A DNA stretch of 37,816 nt, taken from Nemertoderma westbladi (Eukaryota > Animalia > Xenacoelomorpha). Below, piece by piece: positions 23,901-34,436 of this stretch. The position numbers and the translations under genes are program-made. The notes beneath the pieces were generated by a model. That model did not search any database. It had not been told where the DNA came from and saw only the letters and a list, made by a program, of their open reading frames with translations. Numbering within the stretch: the first letter of the stretch is position 1; each line of letters opens with the position of its first letter. The stretch covers positions 1 to 37,816 of the forward strand of contig JAUCBJ010004763.1 in assembly GCA_032718475.1 (NCBI GenBank), read 5' to 3'.

Positions 23901-24070
23901 GTTGGCAAATCTCGTTCTCCGTCGTACAGTCAGAATGTTATACCGTTGGTTGAGAGAGCCGCGTGTCTGAGTAACGAGGATCTCGGTAGTTTAGTGGACG
24001 CCCTCGGTGCTATGCTCGGTACCTCTATCGAACAATGTGCGGGGACTTCTTGGTCACAGGCCGGTATTCG
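23901..24070 (+). CDS. RRBP1: RRBP1/kinectin-like, coding exon 3
   Basis: tattcag|GTT ... ATT CG|gtaagt (phases 0 and 2). LSNEDLGSLVDAL...SWSQAG resembles the family segment FNEGEAQRLIEIL...TWHKA. Confidence 0.82.
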
Positions 24071-24437
24071 GTAAGTGCATGTGTCTGACCCACATATAGA
24101 TTACTTTGTGTTGTCAGTGACTGGCTATTTTAGAACTGGAAAATTTTACTTACATGTTGCAGGATAGATCGATATTTAACCGTTTTCAGGAATAATTTTA
24201 TAACGAAAATAACTTGTTGTAATGTCATTTTGATGGGATCTAAACGCTGTGATACTGTATCGGATAGGTTTTAGCCAGTCGAAAACTATTACTTAGCACG
24301 TTAACTGTTTCCCATAACCCAATACTATAGTACGGGAAGGGTACTCCTCTGTGATTCAAAACCAAACCCTCGATCTGGTATTGTTAAATGTATCGCCCTA
24401 CTCCTACACATACTTCACAATTCAATGTTCCGTTTAG

Positions 24438-24594
24438 TTCCAGCAGTCCAACTCTTCGTAAGCAACTTAGTGAATTGGAACGCGGTTTGGAGGAGGAACG
24501 TTTGGCTGGTAGAACTAACGCGATGCAACTGAGTGAGCAGCTCGTCTTAGAGAAGAACCGTTACACTGAGTTAGAACAACAAGCCTCCCATAAG
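24438..24594 (+). CDS. RRBP1: RRBP1/kinectin-like, coding exon 4 (minimal form, ending at the first donor)
   Basis: cgtttag|T TCC (phase 2; a second in-frame AG ends at 24443). TLRKQLSELERGLEEER coiled coil (cf. ILKRQLEEKEKLL). Ends CAT AAG|gttagc (phase 0); the true end is ambiguous because the donor is tandemly repeated. Confidence 0.75.
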
Positions 24595-27500
24595 GTTAGC
24601 GAGTTAGAACAACAAGCCTCCCATAAGGTTAGTGAGTTAGAACAACAAGCCTCACATAAGGTTAGTGAGTTAGAACAACAAGCCTCCCATAAGGTTAGTG
24701 AGTTAGAACAACAAGCCTCCCATAAGGTTAGTTATAGTGAGTTAGAACAACAAGCCTCCCATAAGGTTAGTGAGTTAGAACAACAAGCCTCCCATAAGGT
24801 TAGTGAGTTAGAACAACAAGCCTCCCATAAGGTTAGTTATAGTGAGTTAGAACAACAAGTCTCCCATAAGGCTAGTGAGTTAGAACAACAAGCCTCTCAT
24901 AAGGTTAGTGAGTTAGAACATCAAGCCTCTCATAAGGTTAGTGAGTTAGAACAACAAGCCTCCCATAAGGTTAGTGAGTTAGAACAACAAGCCTCCCATA
25001 AGGTTAGTGAGTTAGAACAACAAGCCTCCCATAATGTTAGTGAGTTAGAACAACAAGCCTCCCATAAGGTTAGTGAGTTAGAACAACAAACCTCTCATAA
25101 GGTTAGTTAGTGAGTTAGAACAACAAGCCTGTCATAAGGTTGGTGAGTTAGAACAACAAGCCTCCCATAAGGTTATTGAGTTAGAACAACAAGCTTCCCA
25201 TAAGGTTAGTGAGTTAGAACAACAAACCTCTCACTCATAAGGTTAGTTAGTGAGTTAGAACAACAAGCCTGTCATAAGGTTGGTGAGTTAGAACAACAAG
25301 CCTCCCCTAAGGTTAGTTAGTGAGTTAGAACAACAAGCCACTCATAAGGTTAGTGAGTTATAACAACAAGCCTCCCATAATGTTAGTGAGTTAGAACAAC
25401 AAGCTTCCCATAAGGTTAGTGAGTTAGAACAACAAACCTCTCACTCATAAGGTTAGTTAGTGAGTTAGAACAACAAGCCTGTCATAAGGTTGGTGAGTTA
25501 GAACAACAAGCCTCCCCTAAGGTTAGTTAGTGAGTTAGAACAACAAGCCACTCATAAGGTTAGTGAGTTATAACAACAAGCCTCCCATAATGTTAGTGAG
25601 TTAGAACAACAAGCTTCCCATAAGGTTAGTGAGTTAGAACAACAAACCTCTCACTCATAAGGTTAGTTAGTGAGTTAGAACAACAAGCCTGTCATAAGGT
25701 TGGTGAGTTAGAACAACAAGCCTCCCCTAAGGTTAGTTAGTGAGTTAGAACAACAAGCCTCTCATAAGGTTAGTGAGTTAGAACAACAAGCCTCCCATAA
25801 GGTTAGTTAGTGAGTTAGAACAACAGGCCTCCCATAAGGTTAGTGAGTTAGAACAACAAACCTCCCATAAAGTTAGTGAGTTAGAACAACAAGCCTCCCA
25901 TAAGGTTAGTTAGTGAGTTAGAACAACAAGCCTCCCATAAGGTTAGTTAGTGAGTTAGAACAACAGGCCTCCCATAAGGTTAGTGAGTTAGAACATCAAC
26001 CCTCCCATAAAGTTAGTGAGTTAGAACAACAAGCCTCCCATAAGGTTAGTTAGTGAGTTAGAACAACAAGCCTCCCATAAGGTTAGTGAGTTAGAACAAC
26101 AAGCCTCTCATAAGGTTAGTGAGTTAGAACAACAAGCCTCCCATAAGGTTAGTGAGTTAGAACAACAAGCCTCCCATAAGGTTAGTGAGTTAGAACAACA
26201 AGCCTCCCCTAAGGTTAGTTAGTGAGTTAGAACAACAAGCCACTCATAAGGTTAGTGAGTTATAACAACAAGCCTCCCATAATGTTAGTGAGTTAGAACA
26301 ACAAGCCTCCCATAAGGTTATTGAGTTAGAACAACAAGCCTCCCCTAAGGTTAGTTAGTGAGTTAGAACAACAAACCTCCCATAAAGTTAGTGAGTTAGA
26401 ACAACAAGCCCCCCATAAGGTTAGTTAGTGAGTTAGAACAACAAGCCTCTCATAAGGTTAGTGAGTTAGAACAACAAGCCTCCCATAAGGTTAGTGAGTT
26501 AGAACAACAAGCCTCCCATAAGGTTAGTTAGTGAGTTAGAACAACAAGCCTCTCATAAGGTTAGTGAGTTAGAACAACAAGACTCCCATAAGGTTAGTGA
26601 GTTAGAACAACAAGCCTCCCATAAGGTTAGTTAGTGAGTTAGAACAACAAGCCTCCCATAAGGTTAGTTAGTGAGTTAGAACAACAAGCCTCTCATAAGG
26701 TTAGTGAGTTAGAACAACAAGCCTCCCATAAGGTTAGTTAGTGAGTTAGAACAACAAGCCTCCCATAAGGTTAGTTAGTGAGTTAGAACAACAAGCCTCT
26801 CATAAGGTTAGTGAGTTAGAACAACAAGCCTCCCATAAGGTTAGTGAGTTAGAACAACAAGCCTCCCATAAGGTTAGTGAGTTAGAACAACAAGCCTCTC
26901 ATAAGGTTAGTGAGTGAGTTAGAACAACAAGCCTCTCATAAGGTTAGTGAGTTAGAACAACAAGCCTCCCATAAGGTTATTGAGTTAGAACAACAAGCCT
27001 CTCATAAGGTTAGTGAGTTAGAACAACAAGCCTCTCATAAGGTTTGTGAGTTAGAACAACCAACCTCCCATAAAGGTAGTGAGTTAGAACAACAAGCCTC
27101 TCATAAGGTTATTGAGTTAGAACAACAAGCCTCTCATAAGGTTAGTGAGTTAGAACAACAAGCTTCCCATAAGGTTAGTGAGTTAGAACAACAAACCTCT
27201 CATAAGGTTAGTGAGTTAGAACAACAAACCTCCCATAAGGTTAGTGAGTTAGAACAACCAACCTCCCATTAGGTTAGTGAGTGAGTTAGAACAACAAGCC
27301 TCCCATAAAGGTAGTGAGTTAGAACAACAAGCCTCTCATAAGGTTATTGAGTTAGAACAACAAACCTCTCATAAGGTTAGTGAGTTAGAACAACAAACCT
27401 CTCATAAAGGTAGTGAGTTAGAACAACAAGACTCCCATAAGGTTAGTGAGTTAGAACAACAAGCCTCTTATAAGGTTAGTGAGTTAGAACAACAAGACTC

Positions 27501-30500
27501 CCATAAGGTTAGTGAGTTAGAACAACAAGCCTCCCATAAGGTTAGTGAGTTAGAACAACAAACCTCTTATAAGGTTAGTGAGTTAGAACAACAAGACTCC
27601 CATAAGGTTAGTGAGTTAGAACAACAAGCCTCCCATAAGGTTAGTGAGTTAGAACAACAAGACTCCCATAAGGTTAGTGAGTTAGAACAACAAACCTCTT
27701 ATAAGGTTAGTGAGTTAGAACAACAAGACTCCCATAAGGTTAGTGAGTTAGAACAACAAGACTCCCATAAGGTTAGTGAGTTAGAACAACAAGCCTCCCA
27801 TAAGGTTAGTGAGTTAGAACAACAAGCCTCTCATAAGGTTAGTGAGTTAGAACAACAAGCCTCTCATAAGGTTATTGAGTTAGAACAACAAACCTCTCAT
27901 AAGGTTAGTGAGTTAGAACAACAAGACTCCCATAAGGTTAGTGAGTTAGAACAACAAGCCTCCCATAAGGTTAGTGAGTTAGAACAACAAGACTCCCATA
28001 AGGTTAGTGAGTTAGAACAACAAACCTCTTATAAGGTTAGTGAGTTAGAACAACAAGACTCCCATAAGGTTAGTGAGTTAGAACAACAAGACTCCCATAA
28101 GGTTAGTGAGTTAGAACAACAAGCCTCCCATAAGGTTAGTGAGTTAGAACAACAAGCCTCTCATAAGGTTAGTGAGTTAGAACAACAAGCCTCTCATAAG
28201 GTTATTGAGTTAGAACAACAAACCTCTCATAAGGTTAGTGAGTTAGAACAACAAACCTCTCATAAAGGTAGTGAGTTAGAACAACAAGACTCCCATAAGG
28301 TTAGTGAGTTAGAACAACAAGCCTCCCATAAAGTTAGTGAGTTAGAATAACAAGCCTCCCATAAGGTTAGTGAGTTAGAACAACAAGCCTCTCATAAGGT
28401 TAGTGAGTTAGAACAACAAGCCTCTCATAAGGTTAGTGAGTTAGAACAACAAGCCTCCCATAAGGTTAGTGAGTTAGAACAACAAGCCTCCCATAAGGTT
28501 AGTGAGTTAGAACAACAAGCCTCCCCTAAGGTTAGTTAGTGAGTTAGAACAACAAGCCTCTCATAAGGTTAGTGAGTTAGAACAACAAGCCTCCCATAAG
28601 GTTAGTTAGTGAGTTAGAACAACAGGCCTCCCATAAGGTTAGTGAGTTAGAACAACAAACCTCCCATAAAGTCAGTGAGTTAGAACAACAAGCCTCCCAT
28701 AAGGTTAGTTAGTGAGTTAGAACAACAAGCCTCTCATAATGTTAGTGAGTTAGAACAACAAGCCTCTCATAAGGTTAGTGAGTTAGAACAACAAGCCTCC
28801 CATAAGGTTAGTGAGTTAGAACAGCAAGCCTCCCATAAGGTTAGTGAGTTAGAACAACAAGCCTCCCCTAAGGTTAGTTAGTGAGTTAGAACAACAAGCC
28901 TCTCATAAGGTTAGTGAGTTAGAACAACAAGCCTCCCATAAGGTTAGTTAGTGAGTTAGAACAACAAGCCTCCCATAAAGTTATTGAGTTAGAACAACAA
29001 GACTCTCATAAGGTTAGTTAGTGAGTTAGAACAACAAGCCTCCCATAAGGTTAGTTAGTGAGTTAGAACAACACGCCTCCCATAAGGTTAGTGAGTTAGA
29101 ACAACAAGCCTCTCATAAGGTTAGTGAGTTAGAACAACAAGCCTCCCATAAGGTTAGTGAGTTAGAACAACAAGCCTCTCATAAGGTTAGTGAGTTAGAA
29201 CAACAAGCCTCCCATATGGTTAGTGAGTTAGAACAACAAGCCTCTCATAATGTTAGTGAGTTAGAACAACAAGCCTCTCATAAGGTTAGTGAGTTAGAAC
29301 AACAAGCCTCTCATAAGGTTAGTGAGTTAGAACAACAAGCCTCTCATAAGGTTTGTGAGTTAGAACAACCAACCTCCCATAAAGGTAGTGAGTTAGAACA
29401 ACAAGCCTCTCATAAGGTTATTGAGTTAGAACAACAAGCCTCTCATAAGGTTAGTGAGTTAGAACAACAAGCCTCTCATAAGGTTTGTGAGTTAGAACAA
29501 CAAACCTCTCATAAGGTTAGTGAGTTAGAACAACCAACCTCCCATAAAGGTAGTGAGTTAGAACAACAAGCCTCTCATAAGGTTATTGAGTTAGAACAAC
29601 AAGCCTCTCATAAGGTTAGTGAGTTAGAACAACAAGCCTCTCATAAGGTTAGTGAGTTAGAACAACAAGCCTCCCATAAGGTTAGTGAGTTAGAACAACA
29701 AGCCTCTCATAAGGTTAGTGAGTTAGAACAACAAGCCTCCCATAAGGTTAGTGAGTTAGAACAACAAGCCTTTCATAATGTTAGTGAGTTAGAACAACAA
29801 GCCTCTCATAAGGTTAGTGAGTTAGAACAACAAGCCTCTCATAAGGTTAGTGAGTTAGAACAACAAGCCTCTCATAAGGTTATTGAGTTAGAACGACAAG
29901 CCTCTCATAAGGTTAGTGAGTTAGAACAACAAGCCTCCCATAAGGTTAGTGAGTTAGAACAACAAACCTCTCATAAGGTTAGTGAGTTAGAACAACCAAC
30001 CTCCCATAAGGTTAGTGAGTGAGTTAGAACAACAGGCCTCCCATAAGGTTAGTGAGTTAGAACAACAAACCTCTCATAAGGTTAGTGAGTTAGAACAACC
30101 AACCTCCCATAAGGTTAGTGAGTGAGTTAGAACAACAAGCCTCCCATAAAGGTAGTGAGTTAGAACAACAAGCCTCTCATAAGGTTATTGAGTTAGAACA
30201 ACAAGCCTCTCATAAGGTTAGTGAGTTAGAACAACAAGCCTCCCATAAAGTTAGTGAGTTAGAACAACAAGCCTCTCATAAGGTTAGTGAGTTAGAACAA
30301 CAAGCCTCTCATAAGGTTAGTGAGTTAGAACAACAAGCCTCCCATAAGGTTAGTGAGTTAGAACAACAAGCCTCTCATAAGGTTAGTTATAGTGAGTTAG
30401 AACAACAAGCCTCCCATAAGGTTAGTGAGTTAGAACAACAAGCCTCTCATAAGGTTATTGAGTTAGAACAACAAGCCTCTCATAAGGTTAGTGAGTTAGA

Positions 30501-30902
30501 ACAACAAGCCTCCCATAAAGTTAGTGAGTTAGAACAACAAGCCTCTCATAAGGTTAGTGAGTTAGAACAACAAGCCTCTCATAAGGTTAGTGAGTTAGAA
30601 CAACAAGCCTCCCATAAGGTTAGTGAGTTAGAACAACAAGCCTCTCATAAGGTTAGTTATAGTGAGTTAGAACAACAAGCCTCTCATAAGGTTAGTGAGT
30701 TAGAACATCAACCCTCCCATAAGGTTAGTGAGTTAGAACAACAAGCCTCTCATAAGGTTAGTGAGTTAGAACAACAAGCCTCCCATAAGGTTAGTGAGTT
30801 AGAACAACAAGCCTCTCATAAGGTTAGTTAGTGAGTTAAGAACAACAAGCCTCTCATAAGGTTAGTGAGTGAGAGTGAATTAGAACAACAAGCCTTCCCA
30901 TA
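24567..30902 (+). repeat. 6.3-kb tandem array, 33-bp unit TGAGTTAGAACAACAAGCCTCCCATAAG|GTTAG (exon end + splice donor), roughly 185-190 copies
   Basis: Direct periodicity, with the first unit inside exon 4. Variants carry +4 nt (TTAG, TGAG, CTCA) or +6 nt (TTATAG) insertions. Copy number estimated from length. Confidence 0.97.
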
Positions 30903-33244
30903 TCTGTAATATTGGTCATGGTTCCACCCGATGTACTGGGTTGAGCTGAGCGACTTTCTTTGAATGATCAGTTTACACATGGCAGTACTAGTACATTGTA
31001 CTGACGTATTCCCTGCACTGTTGTAACAGAAAGGGGCACTCTTGCCGACATTGCGGGGGTGTGTGTAGGTAGCTAATGTTCATTCCATAGTATCGCCGCT
31101 TTATCCGCCACAGGAAGGCCGCACTGGCTATTAATGTCTTAAATGCCATATGAGCCCCTTTGCTCCTTTCATGAATAGAGGGCTTTTAAATGCTGTATGA
31201 CGGGAATATAAGAATTTGCCTCAATACGGATTTCTTGTTCAAAATAGATTCGTACAAATTTTGAACGAAAGAATTTCCTCTGGGCGCAAAGTAATTCATT
31301 AACCAAAGGGATTGCAAGGGAAGTAAATCTTTAATAAATACCTCGGGGAGATTATGACGTGTGTTTGTGTGAGTGGTAGAGAACGCGTTGAGTGTAAAAG
31401 GAACCGGATATTGTCAAATATATATGGGATTGGGAACTCATTAGGTAAAACCGCGGTGCAGACATTCAGATTGAGACTGTGGGTGGACCTCCAGACAGCA
31501 GACCACCATACTAGACAGAAAGAACATACGTCATTGTGAAGTGAACTCCCAGGGTGTCGTCCTATGTAACTAATTTATTAAACTTATCATTCCAGAGCAT
31601 AATCAGGTTTGAAAAGTAAAGTAACCTGTGTTGTTTTTCCGTTGTCATTCCGTTTTCCGGTTGAAATGAACCACCGCTGCTATCTAGCCCTTTCCCTTTA
31701 TTGCTGTAATATTAAGCTGAACCTTTTCAACTTACATCCAACAGTATAATGTATTGTTGCCTGTGCTATGTTAGTGAGTGATAACGTTGCGTCAGTCTGT
31801 ACATTGCTAGCCTCACTGGCGCAGATGCAATGTACTTTCAAACATTGATTAGTATTATCAGTAATGTGCTGGTGATTTTTTGATGGTTTACACTCATTAC
31901 CTTACTGGCATTCATTTACTTTGTGACATCATTTCATCATCAATCACCATCATTATCTAGGTTGGATGGGTACGTACACTTCTAATCCCCTTTGGAAGTG
32001 TGAATTTCCCTGCGTCTTGAGTTCATGTAGCAAAATTATGTATCTTTTATTATCAAAGTGGAATATTTCCAAGGGAACGCCCTCTCCCCCTATGGATATT
32101 TATTATCAGTTTAATCAATGCTACGGTAAATCGTCATCCATTGATAACTATAGAAATTATTTCAGACTTCGTTCTTTGTATGTCGAACGACTGGAATGAG
32201 AGTGAATGGACAACAAGACATACTTGTTGCACGTTTATGGTATATGTGTGTCATGCCCTTGTGATATTCTCTGCTTTACTTTATTTTTTATTGAGACGAA
32301 ACGAAATACAGCAGCAGTCGGGATGCTGACGACAATGCACTAGAGACGGGCCTAAAGGAACAGACTTTTTACTAGAGACGGCGTCAATATGCCGTTAAGC
32401 AAGTCGTAATCGGGATGCTGACGACAATAAATAAACCGAACATAATGTTTGATTACAATATAATTCGCTAAAGGCAACAGCTTGATTGTATACTGGCAGT
32501 ATGTGGGAAAGCGGGTAATATTGATGGAGGTCAGTCCTGTGGGAGATTATGATAGTATAGCAGCTGGCTCACTCATTCTCTTACAGCCCCATCATGCTCC
32601 ACCGTGCTTTAGACTTTGCTTCCCCCATAATGTTTATCGATCTATGCGTAATGGCCGTTGGTTTGTGCTCGGTTATCGTCATACTATTACTCTTGATGCA
32701 TATTGGTTCAATTATTGTGTTTGAATGCATGAATGGGGACGCAGGAGGGGAAATATTTATTACAATATAGCAGGCGAGACCCATTTGCTGCACCCTGTAT
32801 GTCACTTAATAATTATTATTGACCTTATTTTTATTCACATTATAATGTACAGTGCATGTGACGTCATCAATGAGTCTGCCAAGAATAGTGTGAATAACAA
32901 ACAAATAAATTGCCTATGACATGAATTCGCATAATTGCTATTATTTATAAAATGGGTGGGTCCAACAAACAGCCTTTCATCAGCTCACCAATAGGGAACT
33001 AAACTACATAAATGGAGCAGAGGAGATACTACTAGTAGAGTCGCCCTTCTTAATAAAATATTTATTCGTACGACATGATTTTGATTGATTATTAAATTAC
33101 TTGCCTTCCTCACAGTTCTTTATTGATATGGGAATAAGGAAGTCAGCAATATTTCAAATATTGTGCCCAACATTGAACTTGATGATCCTGTTTGATATAT
33201 TATATTTCAATGTTTCTGTAATAAATGAATACTTGTTTCTTTAG

Positions 33245-33417
33245 CTTTCCCAACAATCTCATGAGAACCAGGCGCTCTACCTGCGCATACAGCATTCCCA
33301 GGAACAGCATCAACAGGAAATCTCGCAGTTCCAAGAAAAGGAGATCACCAACGCCGAGTCAATGAAACATCTGGCTGACGAGAACATGAGGTTATCTGAA
33401 GAGTTTACGAAACTACG
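33245..33417 (+). CDS. RRBP1: RRBP1/kinectin-like, coding exon 5 (absent from the ORF track)
   Basis: acttgtttctttag|CTT (phase 0, joins ...ASHK). LSQQSHENQALYLRIQHSQEQHQQEISQFQEK...LADENMRL matches the family segment EITAVQARMQASYREHVKEVQQLQGK...LQQENSIL. Donor CG|gtaagt (phase 2). The gene continues beyond the window. Confidence 0.85.
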
Positions 33418-34211
33418 GTAAGTCGCCCGAGAACATGAGGTTATCTGAAGAGTTTACGAAACTACGGTAAGTCGCCCGAGAACATGAGGTTATCTGAAGA
33501 GTTTACGAAACTACGGTAAGTCGCCCGAGAACATGAGGTTATCTGAAGAGTTTTCGAAACTACGGTAAGTCGCCCGAGAACATGAGGTTATCTGAAGAGT
33601 TTTCGAAACTACGGTAAGTCGCCCGAGAACATGAGGTTATCTGAAGAGTTTTCGAAACTACGGTAAGTCGCCCGAGAACATGAGGTTATCTGAAGAGTTT
33701 ACGAAACTACGGTAAGTCGCCCGAGAACATGAGGTTATCTGAAGAGTTTTCGAAACTACGGTAAGTCGCCCGAGAACATGAGGTTATCTGAAGAGTTTTC
33801 GAAACTACGGTAAGTCGCCCGAGAACATGAGGTTATCTAAAGAGTTTACGAAACTACGGTAAGTCGCCCGAGAACATGAGGTTATCTGAAGAGTTTACGA
33901 AACTACGGTAAGTCGCCCGAGAACATGAGGTTATCTGAAGAGTTTACGTAACTACGGTAAGTCGCCCGAGAACATGAGGTTATCTGAAGAGTTTACGAAA
34001 CTACGGTAAGTCGCCCGAGAACATGAGGTTATCTGAAGAGTTTACGAAACTACGGTAAGTCGCCCGAGAACATGAGGTTATCTGAAGAGTTTACGAAACT
34101 ACGGTAAGTCGCCCGAGAACATGAGGTTATCTGAAGAGTTTACGAAACTACGGTAAGTCGCCCGAGAACATGAGGTTATCTGAAGAGTTTACGAAACTAC
34201 GGTAAGTCGCC
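33379..34211 (+). repeat. Tandem array of exactly 17 x 49 bp: CGAGAACATGAGGTTATCTGAAGAGTTTACGAAACTACG|GTAAGTCGCC
   Basis: 833 bp = 17 x 49. The unit is the last 39 nt of exon 5 plus the first 10 nt of the intron. Confidence 0.98.
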
Positions 34212-34436
34212 TATATTTCCTCAGTTTTTATAACTACTCACAATGTGAATAGGGGAAATACGTTATTCCTTTAAAGGAAGCAAGTTATTTAACCAATTAA
34301 TTGTTCCATCATTGATAACTCTGAAGGGAATAGTAAAAAAAGAATACATTGGTTACCAACCACGGGAGCGGTTTACATCTTAAAACTGATTATGTCCCAT
34401 GTCTCATTGTTTACTTACAGCCTTACTTACAGCCTA

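Noticed and set aside
26910-30831. Long ORFs of SELEQQASHKV repeats (120-357 aa) as independent genes
   Set aside because: They are stop-free stretches of the 33-bp array, mostly starting at GTG, separated by +4-nt frameshift units and lying inside an intron.
24567-30902. Telomere-like origin of the array (TTAG/GGTTAG motifs)
   Set aside because: No pure TTAGG(G) runs; the unit is fully explained by the exon 4 end plus donor.
30903-33244. Short ORFs in the rest of the intron after the 33-bp array
   Set aside because: 60-80-aa ORFs without motifs or consistent splice sites; exon 4 joins exon 5 in frame without them.
33379-34211. CRISPR-like array (also considered for the 25-bp and 33-bp arrays)
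   Set aside because: Head-to-tail units with no unique spacers, no cas genes, and a eukaryotic intronic context.
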